Positions 37,960-47,081 of a DNA stretch of 64,000 nucleotides are shown here, piece by piece. Both the position numbers and the translations under genes were made by a program. The DNA comes from a virus. Location of the stretch: IMG/VR virus record IMGVR_UViG_3300020404_001578, positions 64,001 through 128,000 of that record; one strand, 5' to 3'. Under the pieces are notes generated by a model, which did no database searches, had not been told where the DNA came from, and saw only the letters and a program-made list of their open reading frames with translations. Within the stretch, counting starts at the first letter, position 1, and every line of letters begins with the position of its first letter.

Positions 37960-38531
37960 GCCCCGACAATGAAAGCGATAGTCTTGGTCTTACCCTTACC
38001 GCTTACATTGAGGGTGACGGAGTACTCAGTTATGGATTTGCCGTCTTGATTAATTTCTTTGTCAAAGTCAGTTTTTGGTTCAATATCAAACGATGATTGG
38101 ACAACTCCTTCTCCGTACTGTTGTTCGGTGTTCTTGTTGTCCCTCATTGAGGTTGTTCTCATTGTTTCTGACTTGCTGACAGATTTGGTGCTACCATCAT
38201 TGAATGTTGCTTTGATGGTTGCTGTAAGCGAATCTTCTCCATTATGGATTGCAAAGATGTTAATTTCACCATTGGTATCAAATCCTACTAGGGTTTGCTT
38301 TTGTGTGCTTCTTACATTAAGTGGTTGGAGTACAAATCCTGTACCACGTTCTTGGTATGCGCCTCCTGCGAATAAAGTTAAATCTCTGGCAGGAAGTACA
38401 GATGGTTTACTTGTTAGCCAAAGGTATGTTAGTCCACCAATCAATGCAATGCCACCAAGGGCTCTTGTTGCTTCTCGTTCATCAGTGGTCATTCGCTTTG
38501 ACCCGCCGCCATCATAATTGTATCCTACCAT
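37956..38531 (-). CDS. Membrane-anchored protein with beta-rich domain
   Basis: N-terminal TM ALGGIALIGGLTYLWL. Confidence 0.7.
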   Translation of the reverse strand: MVGYNYDGGGSKRMTTDEREATRALGGIALIGGLTYLWLTSKPSVLPARDLTLFAGGAYQERGTGFVLQPLNVRSTQKQTLVGFDTNGEINIFAIHNGEDSLTATIKATFNDGSTKSVSKSETMRTTSMRDNKNTEQQYGEGVVQSSFDIEPKTDFDKEINQDGKSITEYSVTLNVSGKGKTKTIAFIVGA

Positions 38532-38540
38532 CTATTCACC

Positions 38541-38927
38541 TCAAAAGAAATTGGTTAGTGCGTCTACACCTCTACCTGCCTTCGCACTAGCCTGCGCAGG
38601 TAATGTTTTCAATCCTTTCGCAGCATTAACTACTACTTCAGGAATAAGACCTCTACCGGGGAATACTGCATCTTGCTTAACTAATACATCATATTCTTCT
38701 AGTGTATCAACCAGTCCTCTAAGTAAAGTAAAAACCAACAACACATCGGAAGCAGTATTGACTTTGTTCCATGTTCTGTTTTTCATACCGAACTGCTTGT
38801 ACTTTCTTGTTCTTTTACTTAGGGTCATTAGTTTGGCCGAGTTGATTGCAAGAATGAAACTCAATGATAGTGCATCAATAGTCTTCCAACCCTGTGCGGA
38901 TATGCCAAATAGTGTGTGATTTGCCAT
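38541..38927 (-). CDS. Small membrane-associated protein
   Basis: Start MANHT; hydrophobic segments. Confidence 0.65.
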   Translation of the reverse strand: MANHTLFGISAQGWKTIDALSLSFILAINSAKLMTLSKRTRKYKQFGMKNRTWNKVNTASDVLLVFTLLRGLVDTLEEYDVLVKQDAVFPGRGLIPEVVVNAAKGLKTLPAQASAKAGRGVDALTNFF

Positions 38928-41900
38928 TAGCCCACCAACCAATTGATTCCTGTATCTGGGTCTACATCAAGACTAAAGGTTCCTCCAATGATACGCAAAT
39001 CAATTACGTTGCCCTTTTCGTCTAATGCTGCATACAAGTCAGGTTCCTTGCGATGCCCCTTCTTTGGTTTTTTCTTTGGGAATCTCCCAAAGTCGCCAAA
39101 TTCGTGAATGTACTTTTGCTTCTCGCCGTGTCCTTCTTTGTCTGAGCGATAGCCTACTGACCAACATCCTCCTTCTCCTACTCGTACTAATGTTGTTGGA
39201 ATCTTGATGCTTGTTTTCTCAACTTTGTCAGGTGCTTTACCATTGAACTCTCTATAGAGTTTAGTTGCTTTACCGCCGCCGGGGTTGTTTCTAACTGTGC
39301 TAGTCTTGATGGCATCTCCATGTGCAATCAAAGTGACACTAGCCGTTCCTTTAGGTATTTCATAATCTAGATTTAGATTTGATATGGCGTTGCCTCCAAG
39401 TTCTACTGCTTTGTCTGAAAGTTCCTTTTGCATGGTTGCAACTGCCATAGCCATTCTCTTTTCAGCCATTGACGTTCTTCCTCCAATGATGCCTCTGTAG
39501 ATTGCTTGTACTACTTCTCCAACGTCAGCACCAATGTTTCTACCAATGAACACTTCTGAAAATACTGTACCTAGTTTAGTATGCTTGCCTGTTGGTTCAC
39601 CTGTCATAATAGGTATGACTCCGGCGGGATTTGCATAGGGTGAATCATCAAACATATCTCTGTATGCTTCTTCGTCTTCATCAGGGTCGTGTGGATTTAC
39701 TTTCATTCCAGTCATTAAACGGAAGAAGTGTTCAGCATGGTGACTTAATGGCTCAGACATAGTCAATGCTTCTTCTGGGGTCACCCAAATATAGTGGTCA
39801 TGTTCTTCTGAAAGTACTACCTTTGCACCTTTCTTTGGTCTAGCAAGGAAGCAGTGGTAACATTTCTTCATATCATGGTCTACGTGTACTGGAGTTAGTT
39901 CTTTGACAATCTTTACGTCCATGCCTGCTTCTTCTTTGGTTTCAATCATAGCGGTTTGTTTTGGTGTTTCGCCTTCTTCTAATTTACCGCCGGGTAACTC
40001 ATAGAGTCCATGCATTGATGTTTCCTTTGGTGACCTACGTAGTAAGAGTACTTTCTTATCAGTTGCTCTTTGTACAATACAACCTGCTGCACGTCGGTAC
40101 GATGATACATCAACATGACTTGGGTTGTCTAAATGAGCAGGTACTTTCTTGAATCGGTCAGCAAGTGCTGTAATCCCTGTGTATTGGTCTATGGCCAAGT
40201 AAAGACCGGGGATTCCTAATTGTCTGCCTACTTCTAGATTCTTTGCATTGTTGTCAAAGAAGAACCTAACATCGTAAGTTGATTGTAGGCTACTCAAGAT
40301 ATTCTTTTTCCAAGCCGCAGTTTCTCTTGCAGTCTCTGGTTTGCAATAAACCAAAGTTGCCCCGTATTTGTCGTTTGTTAGTGGGAAACCTAAGTTTCGT
40401 AGTTGGGACTTGGTTAATTCCAGAGTTGTGTCTGGTCTTCCGGTGATGTAAGCAATCTTGTAACCTTCCTTGAGCATGGCGTGTGCAAAGTCTACTGCGC
40501 CTATGATTGGCTTGTCAAGTGAGAACCTGTCAGAACTATAGAAGTACTCACGGAAAGCCTCTCTACCCTTCGGGTGCTGTTTCTTTCCTACTTGCTTGGG
40601 GTCAAACAAACCCATACGCTTTGCAGACCTCATTCGCTGACTTGTGTCTACTAATGTATCATCAATGTCTAGAGCGATTAGTAATTCAGGTTTGGTGTAT
40701 GCGTAGCCTGTTGGCTGATAGTCATGTGTAGCCCTAGGTCGCATCTGTACTGGCGTAGTAGTGTTTAACATTTGAGGGCTTGGGTTATTTTTAGGTTTAC
40801 CTTTGCCCTTGCCCTTGCGTTTGCCCTTACCTTTGCCCTTGCCTTTGCCCTTCCCTTTGCCCTTGCCTTGCTTCTGTTGGTTTTGGGGTTGGTTTTGGGC
40901 TTGTTTTTTCTTGTGTCCTTTACCAGATGAATTGTTTGCAGTAATTTCAATGTGACTGCCTATGTAATTCCAATATGATACGAATGAGATGAAGTCTACC
41001 CAGAGATAACCTCCGTCGCCGTAACCTTCTCCATAACTGTTTCTAATCAATACCCAACACTGGTTCAAATCATCTATTAATGGTGCATCAAGGTAATAGC
41101 GTGGCTTTTCATGTTTCCCCTTTGTATTGAGAGTCAAGAGTTGTTGTTGTTTCGGAGGGTCATCTGGTTTACCTCCTTGTTTTTGTGTTGTTGGTTCATC
41201 CAGTACTTTTGGTTTTGGGTCTTCTGGTTCGGATACTATGGTTTTTTGTTTGCCTTTCCCTATTCTTACTTCTATGTTCTTTGAAGGATAATTTCTTGCA
41301 ATGATTTCTAATATGGTGTCTATTTCTTCATTAGTGAAATTTTTGTTTCCAAGATTCACTTTGATTTCATTGGTCTTATGGTCTACTTGGATAAATTTCT
41401 TTATTGCTGCTATTGACAGACCAAGGGCTTTGTTTAGTTCCTGATACATGAAACTGCCACCGCCCTTATGTGAGCCGTATCTAGAATATTTTCCTGTCTT
41501 TTTGGTATGTTTTAGTGGGTCCATTCTAAGGCGTGGGTTCTCCAGTATACCGGGTGCTTTGATTGCTTCAGTTACTTGCACGCCAACAATGCTTACTGCG
41601 TGGTTGCCACCTCCAGTAGGTCCAGATGCAATCATGTAATTGCTAGAGGGTCTTCTAAGCGACTGTGGCCATCCAGTAGAAAGATACAATGGTATACCTT
41701 GGTAAATACTTGAAGATACTATTTGCCAAATTTCCGAGGTGCTACCTGCTGCGCCTTCTCCTATTCTTTGTGCATAACTTCCTCTTGTCCATACATTTGA
41801 GCGATTTGTTTCTGAACCTACTGACACTTGTTTTGCTTGCTTTCTGAGTGCTAGCAACTTTGCATCATCACAGTTATCTGTTTCTGCTTCATTGAACGCT

Positions 41901-42745
41901 TCTATGTTGGTGTTTATTTGTCCTTCATTAACATCAGTGATAAGCATTGATTCTACAGTTCCGCCCATCCTCAAATCTCCTAACGGGGGTGGAGGCCATG
42001 GTCCCTTTGCTTTTTTGTACATCCAATGAACAAAGTTTGGGTTTGAATCAAAATTGTACCAACCTCCTATTCCTGCTGTTGCATGAGAATAGCAAGTTCC
42101 CCATGGATTTTGGTCTGTTATTGATTTGAATCTATTTTTGATGTTTCTTAACCGAAGCCATCCATCGTCGGTCAAGTCAAATCTTTCTCCTACCTCCATC
42201 TTGACAGGGGGTAAGTCATACACATAAGCAGGTTCTGAATCTACCCCTCCTGCTAGTACTGTTTTGTGGTTGTATACTTCTGGTGGTGTATCTCTTAGTA
42301 CTATACTTGATAGGTCTGATGTTAGTACCTCTGGGTCTTCGCCCAATGGTATATCAGGCATTTCTATACTTGGTTTTGGTAATTCTTTATTCTTCTGAGG
42401 GTCTATTGCAGGCACTGCAATATTACGTTCTGGTAGCGTGATATCTGGTAATGCAGGTACTCCTGCACTAAGGAATTTCGCATCTTGGATTTTCTTTGGT
42501 CTAATCTCTTTCATTATTGATTGATGATTCTCGGCGTTGGCTCGCTCTTGATGGTTAGCATAATCTGGCTGTGCTTGCCAGTTATACTTGTGCCAATACT
42601 TAGTGTGTCTATTGTTTTTGACTCCCCATGGTGTTTGACTGGGGTTTCCTGCCAAACCACATCTTGCACAAGGTCCTATTGTTTCGTTATCGTGAGAACA
42701 GTAAGGACATACATACACTGACACCACCTCATACGTACAAGTCAT
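38927..42745 (-). CDS. NP-delimited polyprotein: Zn finger, papain-like (C1) protease, HAD phosphatase, Nudix hydrolase, YbjQ-like, C-terminal unknown
   Basis: CPYC/CARC; DQNPWGTCYS, NHAVSIVG, IRNSYGEGYGDGGY; DIDDTL...ITGRP...FFDN; PGGKLEEGETPKQTAMIETKEEAG; GRNIGAD...ELGGNAI. Confidence 0.85.
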   Translation of the reverse strand: MTCTYEVVSVYVCPYCSHDNETIGPCARCGLAGNPSQTPWGVKNNRHTKYWHKYNWQAQPDYANHQERANAENHQSIMKEIRPKKIQDAKFLSAGVPALPDITLPERNIAVPAIDPQKNKELPKPSIEMPDIPLGEDPEVLTSDLSSIVLRDTPPEVYNHKTVLAGGVDSEPAYVYDLPPVKMEVGERFDLTDDGWLRLRNIKNRFKSITDQNPWGTCYSHATAGIGGWYNFDSNPNFVHWMYKKAKGPWPPPPLGDLRMGGTVESMLITDVNEGQINTNIEAFNEAETDNCDDAKLLALRKQAKQVSVGSETNRSNVWTRGSYAQRIGEGAAGSTSEIWQIVSSSIYQGIPLYLSTGWPQSLRRPSSNYMIASGPTGGGNHAVSIVGVQVTEAIKAPGILENPRLRMDPLKHTKKTGKYSRYGSHKGGGSFMYQELNKALGLSIAAIKKFIQVDHKTNEIKVNLGNKNFTNEEIDTILEIIARNYPSKNIEVRIGKGKQKTIVSEPEDPKPKVLDEPTTQKQGGKPDDPPKQQQLLTLNTKGKHEKPRYYLDAPLIDDLNQCWVLIRNSYGEGYGDGGYLWVDFISFVSYWNYIGSHIEITANNSSGKGHKKKQAQNQPQNQQKQGKGKGKGKGKGKGKGKRKGKGKGKPKNNPSPQMLNTTTPVQMRPRATHDYQPTGYAYTKPELLIALDIDDTLVDTSQRMRSAKRMGLFDPKQVGKKQHPKGREAFREYFYSSDRFSLDKPIIGAVDFAHAMLKEGYKIAYITGRPDTTLELTKSQLRNLGFPLTNDKYGATLVYCKPETARETAAWKKNILSSLQSTYDVRFFFDNNAKNLEVGRQLGIPGLYLAIDQYTGITALADRFKKVPAHLDNPSHVDVSSYRRAAGCIVQRATDKKVLLLRRSPKETSMHGLYELPGGKLEEGETPKQTAMIETKEEAGMDVKIVKELTPVHVDHDMKKCYHCFLARPKKGAKVVLSEEHDHYIWVTPEEALTMSEPLSHHAEHFFRLMTGMKVNPHDPDEDEEAYRDMFDDSPYANPAGVIPIMTGEPTGKHTKLGTVFSEVFIGRNIGADVGEVVQAIYRGIIGGRTSMAEKRMAMAVATMQKELSDKAVELGGNAISNLNLDYEIPKGTASVTLIAHGDAIKTSTVRNNPGGGKATKLYREFNGKAPDKVEKTSIKIPTTLVRVGEGGCWSVGYRSDKEGHGEKQKYIHEFGDFGRFPKKKPKKGHRKEPDLYAALDEKGNVIDLRIIGGTFSLDVDPDTGINWLVG
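40790..40870 (-). repeat. Coding (GK)n linker
   Basis: KQGKGKGKGKGKGKGKGKRKGKGKGKPKNNP. Confidence 0.85.
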
Positions 42746-43913
42746 CTAATGGGTCAGGATTTTGTTTTCCATAAGTGATACAAGGATTCTGACCGCAACC
42801 ACAATTCATAGCAGGGTTCTCTAAGGGTCTTCCACTACCGCCTTTTTCTCTTTCAGTTTTGAGTCCTAACTCTTTTGTTAGTAACTCATCTGGTGATAAT
42901 GGTACAATGTTGCCATAGAAGTCCTGCTTGTGAGTATCTGGGTTAAATGGTATGTCCATTGCTTCTGTTTGCACTTTTGTCCAAGGCTTACCACTTGCTT
43001 CAGCCTTCTCTATTTGTTGTTCTATAGAAACAATCATTCTGTCGCCACCTTCAAGGCTTGCTTTAAGAGCGACACTGTTTAGGAATTTACCGACTGACTC
43101 ACTAGGCTTACGTGCAACCTTTGATGAGCCTTGCATTCCGGGTACCCCTTGCAGTGATTGCATTACTCTGTTGTATGAATGGAAAAAATCAACTGCGGAC
43201 TTAATTGCACTAGTAGGTACTAAATTTTGGTCTGCTTTTAGCCCTAAGAAGAATGGCTTACCTTTGCCTATGTCTTTTGCTGCGGTCATTAGAGATATTG
43301 CTATATCGCCTAATTCACCCATGATTTCATGGCATAGATTACTTGTTGATGAGATTGTTCCTATCAATCTGAAATGGTCGGTATCTTCCTCATGGCCTTC
43401 CATTGTCTTTCTTACTTCAAAGTCATCTAGTAGTAATTTAGTGTCAGCGAGAATATCTGCTGCACTACGGGCCCTTTGTCCAAGTGCGTTATACTGTGCT
43501 TTGAGTTGCTTACGGCTCTTACGAGTATTCGTGCTTGTTGCTACTGGCCATCCCTGTGCAATGGCAATTAGGGTGTCTTTTGTTGTCTTTATGATTTTAT
43601 CAGCAAGACGCTCTAGTTGTCTTATCTCCAATGAAAGCAAAGCATTGGGCCTGTCTTTGATGAAAGCATCTATTTCTCCTCCATATTTTTGACTGACCAT
43701 TTCATCTATAGAACCTAGCACTACCTCTCTTTGTTGCATTGCTTCTGTTGCTGCAGCATCAATAACTGCTTGAACTACTGCGGAGTTAGATACTGTTGAA
43801 GTAACAGATACTCCTTTTTTATCTAACTCGGTCTTTCTTTTTTCTAGTAGTTTCCTGAGTTCTTTTTTACTACCGTGGTCCATTTGTTTTAGAAGTTCAT
43901 GTAGATTACTCAT
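42729..43913 (-). CDS. Helical hypothetical protein with NP-rich Cys tail
   Basis: 394 aa ending in LENPAMNCGCGQNPCITYGKQNPDP. Confidence 0.75.
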   Translation of the reverse strand: MSNLHELLKQMDHGSKKELRKLLEKRKTELDKKGVSVTSTVSNSAVVQAVIDAAATEAMQQREVVLGSIDEMVSQKYGGEIDAFIKDRPNALLSLEIRQLERLADKIIKTTKDTLIAIAQGWPVATSTNTRKSRKQLKAQYNALGQRARSAADILADTKLLLDDFEVRKTMEGHEEDTDHFRLIGTISSTSNLCHEIMGELGDIAISLMTAAKDIGKGKPFFLGLKADQNLVPTSAIKSAVDFFHSYNRVMQSLQGVPGMQGSSKVARKPSESVGKFLNSVALKASLEGGDRMIVSIEQQIEKAEASGKPWTKVQTEAMDIPFNPDTHKQDFYGNIVPLSPDELLTKELGLKTEREKGGSGRPLENPAMNCGCGQNPCITYGKQNPDPLDDLYV

Positions 43914-43914
43914 T

Positions 43915-46647
43915 CTATAACCTCCTTAACATTTCATCTATCAATAGTGCTTCTTGAACTTCGTCAAGATTTGCGTTATCAAACGCATTACCTACGACAT
44001 CAGCCACATTACGTTCTCTACGGTCAGCAAGGTTATTCATTACTCCACGAAGTAGGTCTGTAATGCCTCTACGTTCTTCGCTAGTTTGTCTTCTTGCTCC
44101 TAAGCAATTATCAAGACACCAAACTAGTACGTGATAAATAAATGCTGTATCATCGGCACTTGCTACGTAGTTGTACTTAGTACGTGATTGCTTTAGAATT
44201 TCTCTTAGAATAAACATACTGGATAATCCATTGCTTGTATCTACATTTAGATTAACCATACCTTGTCCACTTTGCATAGCATACTGGAAGAAGTCGTCCC
44301 AGTGCATCTGAATTATTAACTGACAGAACTCCATACGATTTCTAGCGTTTACAATGTTATCTCCGCCTGCATCAAAGAGATGTTTACTTGCTCCTGCAGC
44401 AGTGATATATCCCATGGTTTCTAGCACACGGTTGTTTAGTAGTTGATTGTAAAGTGTGTTGTATCTTGCAAACCCTGTAGTCAATTTGCCTTTTGGTTGT
44501 GAATTGATTATTCCTAACATTTCACTTAGGTCATCAAAGTTTCTTCTTTGTGTTGCATCCAGTTGCATCATACTATCTGACAATGTCATAAGAGAATATG
44601 CAGTTCTTGCTACGACTGATAATTTATCATGGTAGTATTTTAGATTATCTTCCTCTGTAGAATACCGTAGTGCATCCCTAATCATTCTATATGATAGTCC
44701 ATACCTACGCTGACGTTGTTCATCTTCATCATACCATGATACTTCTACTTCAGCGTCTGGGTCAAATCTAAAGTCGCTATTGATTGAAGGCGAAAGGAAG
44801 TCTTCTCTACTAAATGTAGTGCCGTTAAGTCCTGCGATTTGTTCACGATACTTTGCAAGTACTTCCATCATTGAGTAGACCAACTCTTCTGGCCAACCCA
44901 CAGGGTTGGGGTGAAGTCCCGGTAAATCAATCTCAAACAGAATAGGTGTATTTGCCATTACGACTGTATGGTAGTTTACCTCATACAAATTCGGGTTGTT
45001 GGCTTGATAGTCTAGTATTGCTTGAACGGTTTCTGCTTTAGTTCCGTATCCACCTTCTACCCCAGTCATATTCATTGCAAGGTCAATCAATTCGTCTTTT
45101 TTCATCCTGTTTAGTTCGGCACGGGTGTAATTACCAATGTATGGCATTGAAACCATTTCACCGGTTTGTCTGGTTCCCCTCCAAGGTGTTCGGTTCCTAC
45201 GCAATGCTTTGTTTAAGTTATTTTGACTGAGCGTGTCTTCTGCATTACGTGTCCGATTGTATAGTCTTCTAGCGGCTTCAACATAGTCCTGAACTCGGTG
45301 AGCAGTGATTTCTACTTCGTCTTGTTCAAGTGGTGCGAATAGTGCTTCTAGAATACCCGGGACGTCTAAGTTTTGTATTCTTTCTTGTAAGAACGCCCAA
45401 CTAAATGCTGCTGTACCGGGTCCTACTGCTGCAGTATGATGTAATGGTACTAATGCAGGTCCTCCACTACCTTCTCTTTCTGAATATCTAACAATAATGC
45501 GTTGTCCTGTATTTGCATACCTTGGTGGTTCGCCTCCTTCATTGAGTACTCTTTCGGCTCTTGTGACGTGAGTACGACGATTACGGGCTCCTTCTAATTC
45601 AATATGCGGTGGAGGAAGTAGTACGAATTGCATATGCGGTATCAAAAATATTGGGTGTACCATTAGGGACATATCCTTGCCGTGGTAGAAGTCCGCAGCA
45701 TCAGTTGCAAGACGTTGCATCATGTATTTCATTTGAGAACTATAGCGTCGTCTGTTTCCTGCACGGGCACTTCTAGAGTTTCCTCCCACTGGAGTTGAAT
45801 CCAAACCTACGTTTCGTCCCTCTTCACCTAGTCTTGTGAGGCTTGGAAGAATTTCTGCGTTCATATGACGGATGAAATTATCTACGGTGGCCGAATGCAC
45901 TAAGTAGGGTTCAAGTACGTAATTACAGAATCTGTAAAGTACATCGGTATTTACTTGATACTTGCTTGACATACGATGGTTATCATAAAATTGGTCTACA
46001 TCGGACATATGGTATGAAACCATTGGCTGACCATCGGGTGATGTACTAACCTCAGTATATGGGTCAATACGATATCCTTCTTCACTAAAGTATTCTTTCA
46101 ACCTGCGGTCAATCTCAGCATTGAAGATATCTTCTTGGCCTGCAAGAATCTGAGCAGGTCTAGCAACTATTGGGCGTGGATTACTACGTACATACTCGCT
46201 ACCGGGGGTGATACTATCAACATCAACAATTCTTGCTCGCATGATTCCTTGATGTGGTAGGCTTGGTGAGCGAACCTTCATGTTAAGTCCTGAAATGATA
46301 TTACATGTTCCTTGGAAGGCTCCATGTTGCTCAAACATATCATGTACTAATGATGCGGACAGATGCTTTGGTGAAAGTAAAGGAAAATAGTTTCCTCTTG
46401 GGTCTGGTCGCTCATTTTTGAATTTAGCGAAAGCGTATGGTTGTGGTGGGTTAGATAGCATTGCTGACCCCGGTTCAATTAGGAAATCTCCTCCACTTTG
46501 TACGGTTTTCAAATCAACCATTCTACCATTTGTTGTTTGAATGGTAAAGTTGGTATCAACATAACCTGCTTCTCTAAGTGTTTTCTTGGCCAAGTCGTAT
46601 GCTTCCAAGAAGGAAGACAAGGGCGTGGAAACTGTTAGAGGAATCAT
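43915..46647 (-). CDS. Large protein with NP motifs and a Rho-N/HeH-like nucleic-acid-binding motif
   Basis: LSNP and RSNP motifs; AELNRMKKDELIDLA...TKAETVQAIL at about 45004-45130. Confidence 0.7.
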   Translation of the reverse strand: MIPLTVSTPLSSFLEAYDLAKKTLREAGYVDTNFTIQTTNGRMVDLKTVQSGGDFLIEPGSAMLSNPPQPYAFAKFKNERPDPRGNYFPLLSPKHLSASLVHDMFEQHGAFQGTCNIISGLNMKVRSPSLPHQGIMRARIVDVDSITPGSEYVRSNPRPIVARPAQILAGQEDIFNAEIDRRLKEYFSEEGYRIDPYTEVSTSPDGQPMVSYHMSDVDQFYDNHRMSSKYQVNTDVLYRFCNYVLEPYLVHSATVDNFIRHMNAEILPSLTRLGEEGRNVGLDSTPVGGNSRSARAGNRRRYSSQMKYMMQRLATDAADFYHGKDMSLMVHPIFLIPHMQFVLLPPPHIELEGARNRRTHVTRAERVLNEGGEPPRYANTGQRIIVRYSEREGSGGPALVPLHHTAAVGPGTAAFSWAFLQERIQNLDVPGILEALFAPLEQDEVEITAHRVQDYVEAARRLYNRTRNAEDTLSQNNLNKALRRNRTPWRGTRQTGEMVSMPYIGNYTRAELNRMKKDELIDLAMNMTGVEGGYGTKAETVQAILDYQANNPNLYEVNYHTVVMANTPILFEIDLPGLHPNPVGWPEELVYSMMEVLAKYREQIAGLNGTTFSREDFLSPSINSDFRFDPDAEVEVSWYDEDEQRQRRYGLSYRMIRDALRYSTEEDNLKYYHDKLSVVARTAYSLMTLSDSMMQLDATQRRNFDDLSEMLGIINSQPKGKLTTGFARYNTLYNQLLNNRVLETMGYITAAGASKHLFDAGGDNIVNARNRMEFCQLIIQMHWDDFFQYAMQSGQGMVNLNVDTSNGLSSMFILREILKQSRTKYNYVASADDTAFIYHVLVWCLDNCLGARRQTSEERRGITDLLRGVMNNLADRRERNVADVVGNAFDNANLDEVQEALLIDEMLRRL

Positions 46648-46658
46648 CTTTTATCACC

Positions 46659-47081
46659 TCATAGTCCATACTTTGGGTCTAGGATTAGAATTTGTCTGCC
46701 TGCTTCATCTGTAGTGTACACATAGTCTTTAGGAGGTGTCAAACGATGTGTATGGCGAGAAGTAGCGTAATCACGAATTCTATTTGGTTGTGTATTCACA
46801 TTGTACTTGACGTGTTGGTTTAGTCCGCCCATGTTGCTACCCTCTTTGTTGCTCATTACATTGTAGTAGGCTAAAGGTAGGCCAAAAAGAAGTCCCACTG
46901 CTGCACCACGGATTATTACATCAGTGTTACTTCGGGTACTCTTGAAGCCGAGTGTATAGTTGAATACGTGCTTGTCAAGAAGCGTTCCTAATCCTGCGAC
47001 TCCTGCTAATGCTCCACCAATTGTTGCAGTTTTCAGGATGTCGTTTGGTGTCGTGCTTTTTATTGTATCAATGAAGGTCAT
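46659..47081 (-). CDS. Small membrane protein (2 TM)
   Basis: Two hydrophobic Gly-rich helices; SNMGG motif. Confidence 0.7.
   Translation of the reverse strand: MTFIDTIKSTTPNDILKTATIGGALAGVAGLGTLLDKHVFNYTLGFKSTRSNTDVIIRGAAVGLLFGLPLAYYNVMSNKEGSNMGGLNQHVKYNVNTQPNRIRDYATSRHTHRLTPPKDYVYTTDEAGRQILILDPKYGL

Noticed and set aside
41045-41600. Protease insertion as an intein
   Set aside because: No N-terminal Cys/Ser block, no C-terminal His-Asn and no LAGLIDADG motifs.
42952-43692. 246-aa + strand ORF and the many other + strand ORFs nested in long minus-strand genes
   Set aside because: Antisense shadows with Ser/Leu/Phe-rich composition and no RBS or motifs.
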